Assembly: GCA_963823655.1 (NCBI GenBank) | Contig: CAWGMK010000010.1 | Location: 425,755-457,754, forward strand | Origin: an uncultured Bacillota bacterium | GTDB lineage: Bacteria; Bacillota; DTU025; MWDF01 | Direction: 5' to 3' | Length of the DNA stretch: 32,000 nucleotides | In this document: positions 28,041-32,000 of the stretch, piece after piece | Layout of the letters: each line of letters begins with the position of its first letter | Position numbering within the stretch: position 1 is the first letter of the stretch | The notes under the pieces: generated by a model | What the model saw: the letters and a program-made list of their open reading frames with translations, nothing else | Databases searched by the model: none | Told to the model about the DNA's origin: nothing | Program-made: the position numbers and the translations under genes

Positions 28041-28048
28041 TGTATAAT
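28041..28048 (+). promoter_or_regulatory. Candidate -10 element for the downstream nuclease-like gene
   Basis: TGTATAAT lies at 28041-28048, with a perfect TATAAT at 28043-28048, about 27 nt upstream of the ATG at 28075. There is no convincing -35. Confidence 0.3.
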
Positions 28049-28074
28049 ATAAGCTGATACCGGAGGAAAACGTC

Positions 28075-28506
28075 ATGAGATTCGTTATTGGAGTAGACCC
28101 CGGCAAGAACAAGGTCGGCGTTGCGCTTTTAGACGCGGATGGCAGGCTCATCGAAAGGCGCCTTTTGTCGCGCTTTACAGCCGCAAAGCAGATCGCTGAG
28201 CTTGCATCAGGAAGAGAATCGGTCATCGCGCTGGGCGACGGGACTACGGCAGGCAGGATGGCCGCCGAAATCCAAGAAGCGCTCGGGAGCGACATTGACG
28301 ATATAATTGTCATGGTGGACGAGGACAACTCCACTGTGGAGGGCAGAAGGAACTACCTTTTAGCAAACAGGCCCAGAGGTTTGGCAAGGCTTCTCCCTTT
28401 GGGGATGAGATCACCTGAAAGGCCTTGGGATGATTATGTAGCCGAGGTCATCGGCAGAAGATACCTGGATTCGAGGAGCGGCTCTGCCGATATAAAGGAA
28501 AACTGA
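28075..28506 (+). CDS. YqgF/RuvX-like RNase H-fold nuclease (putative)
   Basis: The N-terminus MRFVIGVDPGKNKVGVALLDADG matches the RuvX/YqgF-type first beta-hairpin with its catalytic Asp. A later VIALGDGT and acidic MVDEDNST are also present. GGAGG lies 8 nt upstream. The assignment is by motif only. Confidence 0.45.
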   Translation: MRFVIGVDPGKNKVGVALLDADGRLIERRLLSRFTAAKQIAELASGRESVIALGDGTTAGRMAAEIQEALGSDIDDIIVMVDEDNSTVEGRRNYLLANRPRGLARLLPLGMRSPERPWDDYVAEVIGRRYLDSRSGSADIKEN

Positions 28507-28564
28507 GCCATATATAGAATATAAAACTATTGAAAGACCGAAGGTGTAAGGAGGTGACGCGAGC

Positions 28565-29896
28565 ATGCAGGCCATACGCAGCAAATCCCCGATTCTCCTA
28601 TTCGCTTTGATATTGCTGCTCGCGTTGCCGATTGCTGCCGCGGCCGAGCCCGAAGTGCTGAAATCCGACGATTGGAGATACAGGGCCCTTGCCGAGCTTG
28701 CAACCCATAGCGTGCTTGATGAGAAAGACGCCCCGTACTACCTGACTAAGATACCTATCAACCTGGACTTCGCAGTGGCATCCGTCGAGAGGGCGCTAAT
28801 CAAGCTAGGGCTGAAGGACATAGATTTTACAAACGCGGCATCCCTGGACCTGAGCCTTTACGGCACATCGGTTCAGAAACTTGCGCCGCGCGATTCCTGG
28901 CTTCTTAACGATCTTACGAAGGAGTTTGCAACGCAGCTTGCCACAAGGGGCATTGTGGGCAAGGCCTCGCCTGTTCAAGCACAAGCCGGGGACACTGCAG
29001 CAGCAGCCCTTCCCGTATCCGATGCACAAGCTTCGCCGGAGCCGCCCGCCGCGCAGCAGGGCCCGGTCGTCCTTTCGCTTACAGATGTGCTGAAGAAGAT
29101 AAATATGCCCTCTGCGCTGTCGCAATCGTCCCTTACGATGAAGCCGCAGGACAATACGATACCTCAGGTGGCTACGGGCATGGAGCCGCTTCAGGTAGGA
29201 AGCATCAATCCTGACACGTCCAAGGTAGTCAGCCTTTTCGATGTTCTGAATGTCAACGCCTCGCTGTTTGCGGACGATTCCACCGTAAACGGCAAATCAA
29301 GCGCCGGCATAGGCCTCAAATTGGGCGATGACCAGGGCGGGGGCCTGACTTTAGATTATAAGATGGTTGGAGGCAAGGACGAGGCTTCAAACCTCACCGA
29401 CCTTTCCGCCATAACCGGAGTGGGCGTCAAGTACCAGGTGAACAGCATCATGCCCTTTAAGAGCGTGACGGACAGCATTACGATACAAGCGGGTTACAAT
29501 ATCGAAAGCGGAGACCTGAAGGCGGCAGTAGATACCGGAATTGAGCTGCAAGCTTCGGCATCCCTTGGCATATATTACAAGCTGCTTCTCGGCAACGCGG
29601 CCTTCCTTCAGGCAGGATATCAGGTTGAGCAGGTCAGGAACCTGATCGCTTCGGGTGCCCTTTCGACCAAGTCATGGATGTATGACGACAGCTCGCCTTT
29701 AGGCTGGATCTTCAGGGGCTCACTGAGCCTCAACAGCGATGTGGGCGTCAAGCAGCTGGCAGGAATAGACGTCGGGTATAACCTTTTCAAGGACGCCTCT
29801 ATTATGATCGGCTACAGGCTTATAGACTTCTCCGACTTCGACAAGCTGGATCTAAAGAAGAACCTGACCGCCCTGGGCATTAGCATCAAGTTCTAA
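28565..29896 (+). CDS. Smaller OmpM-like outer-membrane beta-barrel protein with a degenerate SLH-like N-terminal segment
   Basis: It has a signal peptide (LLLALPIAAAAEP) and an SLH-reminiscent segment (DDWRYRALAELATHSVL) that lacks the usual GYxDGTF/TR.E core. An Ala/Pro/Gln-rich linker follows, then about 250 aa of alternating-hydrophobic strands (GLTLDYKMVGG, GVGVKYQVN, ITIQAGYNIE, LGIYYKLLLG, LQAGYQVEQ, IMIGYRLIDF) ending ...LGISIKF. Confidence 0.55.
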   Translation: MQAIRSKSPILLFALILLLALPIAAAAEPEVLKSDDWRYRALAELATHSVLDEKDAPYYLTKIPINLDFAVASVERALIKLGLKDIDFTNAASLDLSLYGTSVQKLAPRDSWLLNDLTKEFATQLATRGIVGKASPVQAQAGDTAAAALPVSDAQASPEPPAAQQGPVVLSLTDVLKKINMPSALSQSSLTMKPQDNTIPQVATGMEPLQVGSINPDTSKVVSLFDVLNVNASLFADDSTVNGKSSAGIGLKLGDDQGGGLTLDYKMVGGKDEASNLTDLSAITGVGVKYQVNSIMPFKSVTDSITIQAGYNIESGDLKAAVDTGIELQASASLGIYYKLLLGNAAFLQAGYQVEQVRNLIASGALSTKSWMYDDSSPLGWIFRGSLSLNSDVGVKQLAGIDVGYNLFKDASIMIGYRLIDFSDFDKLDLKKNLTALGISIKF

Positions 29897-29916
29897 TTAC
29901 TACGGAGAGTGAGCAT

Positions 29917-30852
29917 ATGATGATGAACAGATACGTCCGGGTTCTTGCGATCGCGCTTTTGATAGGGCTTATGGCCTTCGCTTCAACACTTGCCGCCCCG
30001 CCTCCGACTACCACATCGGAGATGCTCGCCATGCTTGAGCGTACGCTGTTCGGCGTGGCAGGGGAGGGCGCGATAACACCGAGGGTACAAAAGATCGAGG
30101 ACGTTGCCCTGGGCAAGCCCGGCGAAGGGACGCTCATAGAGCGCATAGAAAGCCTTTGGAATGAGTTCGGCGGAGGCAGGGAGGGCGTACAGACACTCGA
30201 CTACCAGATCAAGTACTCCCAATGGATAGCAGACGGCAAGGTAAGCCAGGGCACGCTCCTGGATCGGCTGGCCAACCTTGAGACTTTGCTCATGGGTTAT
30301 GTAAGCAAAGACCCTTTAACCTCAAGGATAGACGCAATGATTGCCATCACTGCGGGCGCTACGGGCATTGATTCAACATACGCAAAGCTTGCTGCCGGCA
30401 CTCCGGTCAAGCTTGTGTTAAAAACGCCTCTTAGAACCAATTTCACAAGGCCCGGCGAGAAGGTGGACCTCGAAGTAAGCGAAGATGTGTTCATCGGCGA
30501 CAGGCTGGCAATACCCAAGGGCACCGCGTGGCAGGTTGAAGCGGCGGATCCTACCAAATCGGACAAATTCGACCTTAAAAACCTAGTCGAACTGCTTCTC
30601 AGCCCCATATACGCTATCGACGGCACTCCCGTAAAGCTCATCGCCGACGATAACGCGACCTCAAATACCCAGCTTGCCTCCGGAATACTGATATGCCAGG
30701 GCGAAAGGCCCGAAAGGCTGGGCTTCTTCGGCCTGGGAAATGCTGTGGACAGGCTATTGCCGGGCAGCAAGAACCTGGATATCATAAGAGGTACGGCCAT
30801 AGTCCTGTCGGTAAGGGAAGACGTATCCATCATGTCGGCCAAAGTCAAATAG
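29917..30852 (+). CDS. Secreted protein of unknown function
   Basis: It has a signal peptide ([21 protein letters not shown]). The N-terminal half has reiterated 'L..LE..L.G....G....R...(I/L)E' motifs ([25 protein letters not shown]; [15 protein letters not shown]; [27 protein letters not shown]). The C-terminal half is all-beta-like ([10 protein letters not shown]...[30 protein letters not shown]). Confidence 0.5.
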   Translation: MMMNRYVRVLAIALLIGLMAFASTLAAPPPTTTSEMLAMLERTLFGVAGEGAITPRVQKIEDVALGKPGEGTLIERIESLWNEFGGGREGVQTLDYQIKYSQWIADGKVSQGTLLDRLANLETLLMGYVSKDPLTSRIDAMIAITAGATGIDSTYAKLAAGTPVKLVLKTPLRTNFTRPGEKVDLEVSEDVFIGDRLAIPKGTAWQVEAADPTKSDKFDLKNLVELLLSPIYAIDGTPVKLIADDNATSNTQLASGILICQGERPERLGFFGLGNAVDRLLPGSKNLDIIRGTAIVLSVREDVSIMSAKVK

Positions 30853-30916
30853 CAAAATCCCAAGCTCAATTCAAATTCGCGTCCTTGTAGGCGCGAAAAT
30901 TACAGGAGGTCACCTT

Positions 30917-32000
30917 ATGTCAATAAGGCTGTTTACAAGCAAATCTGTCACCGAGGGGCATCCCGACAAAGTATGTGACAGGATTTCCGATGCGGTTCTG
31001 GACGAGATACTAATCAAGTACGGTGAAGACAAGAGCAGGTTCTTCGCCCGCTCCGCGGTCGAGGCCCTGGCAACAACAGGCATGGTGCTTGTGGCCGGCG
31101 AAATTACATGCGATGTATATGTGGAAATCCCGGAAATAGTAAGAAACGCAGTCAAAGAAATCGGTTACGACGCTCCTGAACAGGGTTTTGACGGCAACAC
31201 CTGCGCGGTGCTAACAACCATACACGAGCAATCGGACAATATCTCCCATGCCGTAAACCGCGGATCGTCCAAGAGAAACCCCTTGTCGGGCCTAAGGGCA
31301 GGCGACCAGGGCATAATGTTCGGCTATGCCACAGACGAGACTGAAGAGCTGATGCCGATGCCGATCATGGTAGCGCACAGGCTCGCCGAAAAGCTTGCGC
31401 AAGTAAGGAAATCGGGCGAGCTGGAATGGGTGAAGCCTGACGGCAAGACACAAGTTACGGTGCAGTATGACGACAAAGGCAGGCCGATAGGGCTTGATAC
31501 GATAATAATCTCAACTATGCATTCGCGAGGCATTAAACACGATGCGATAAAAGACGGGCTCTTCAACAAGGTGATTTTGCCTGTAGCTAAAGCCTACGGT
31601 TTCAGCTTCTCCGGCAACGCCTGCCTTGATTGCGAGCAGGGCGAATACTTCAAGGTCAAGTTCGACGGCTGCAAGAGCCATACTAAGGTCTTCATAAACC
31701 CCAGCGGCCTTTTCGAGCTGGGCGGCCCCAACGCGGACACCGGACTTACAGGCAGGAAGATAATCGTGGATACCTATGGCGGCATGGCCAACCACGGCGG
31801 CGGATGCTTCTCGGGCAAGGACGCCACGAAAGTGGACAGGTCGGGCAATTACGCTGCTCGGTATGTGGCGAAGAACGTCGTAAAGGCGGGCCTTGCCAGA
31901 AAATGCGAACTTGAGCTCGCCTACGCCATCGGAGTCGAGCGCCCGGTAGCGGTGAGCATCGATACATTCGGAACGAGCGTCATCCCCGAAAAGCAGATCA
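30917..32000 (+). CDS. metK: S-adenosylmethionine synthase (methionine adenosyltransferase), 3'-truncated by the window edge
   Basis: This frame is not in the ORF track because it has no stop in the window. I translated it myself from ATG 30917 (AGGAGG at 30904-30909). The product reads [30 protein letters not shown]...[19 protein letters not shown]...[52 protein letters not shown]. Confidence 0.92.
   Translation, partial: MSIRLFTSKSVTEGHPDKVCDRISDAVLDEILIKYGEDKSRFFARSAVEALATTGMVLVAGEITCDVYVEIPEIVRNAVKEIGYDAPEQGFDGNTCAVLTTIHEQSDNISHAVNRGSSKRNPLSGLRAGDQGIMFGYATDETEELMPMPIMVAHRLAEKLAQVRKSGELEWVKPDGKTQVTVQYDDKGRPIGLDTIIISTMHSRGIKHDAIKDGLFNKVILPVAKAYGFSFSGNACLDCEQGEYFKVKFDGCKSHTKVFINPSGLFELGGPNADTGLTGRKIIVDTYGGMANHGGGCFSGKDATKVDRSGNYAARYVAKNVVKAGLARKCELELAYAIGVERPVAVSIDTFGTSVIPEKQI

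Noticed and set aside
30853-30916. A possible SAM riboswitch or terminator upstream of metK, based on the hairpin TTCGCGTC/GGCGCGAA at 30876-30897.
   Set aside because: The 64-nt spacer is too short for an S-box/SAM-I element. The 8-bp hairpin is followed by AAAATT and not a U-tract, so it is at best a weak structure.
1-32000. A search for tRNA, rRNA, CRISPR arrays, IS elements with terminal inverted repeats, integrases, and toxin-antitoxin or defence genes.
   Set aside because: No cloverleaf-like or rRNA-like segments are present, and there are no regularly spaced direct repeats. No transposase, integrase or nuclease-helicase motifs appear in any long ORF. The few non-coding spacers are explained by promoters and terminators.

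Overview
All recognisable genes in this window (about 26) are on the + strand and closely spaced. I found no rRNA, tRNA, CRISPR array, transposase or integrase. The DNA looks moderately GC-rich by eye (not computed), yet Arg is mostly AGA/AGG and Ile is often ATA. The window has three parts. (1) 1-1967 is the 3' end of a large repetitive surface protein with 663-bp modules, a Pro/Val stalk and a discoidin-like C-terminus. (2) 2038-13253 is a housekeeping array with Bacillota-like order: rlmI-like, rpmE, tdk, DUF1385, prfA, prmC, sua5/tsaC, an rpiB-upp fusion, dCMP deaminase, wecA/tagO-like, wecB/mnaA and murA. (3) 13260-30852 is an outer-membrane (OM) biogenesis and tethering cluster: SpoIVB-like S55 peptidase, bamA, skp/ompH, one LptF/G-type permease continuous in frame with an LptD-like protein, lptC, lptA, lptB, a DUF3084-like coiled-coil membrane protein, a roughly 1200-aa SLH + segmented coiled-coil + beta-barrel protein (OmpM/SlpA-like), an RNase-H-fold nuclease-like gene, a second smaller OmpM-like barrel and an unknown secreted protein. 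metK follows and runs off the 3' edge. This suggests a diderm member or relative of the Bacillota/Terrabacteria, but the organism cannot be identified from sequence alone. The most notable observations are the LptF/G-LptD continuous ORF, the very long SLH-coiled-coil-barrel protein, the S55 peptidase abutting bamA, and seven apparent frameshifts confined to four genes (rlmI-like, S55 peptidase, lptD-like, ompM-like). I cannot tell whether the frameshifts are assembly errors or real gene decay. All domain calls come from reading motifs in the supplied translations; no database search was run.
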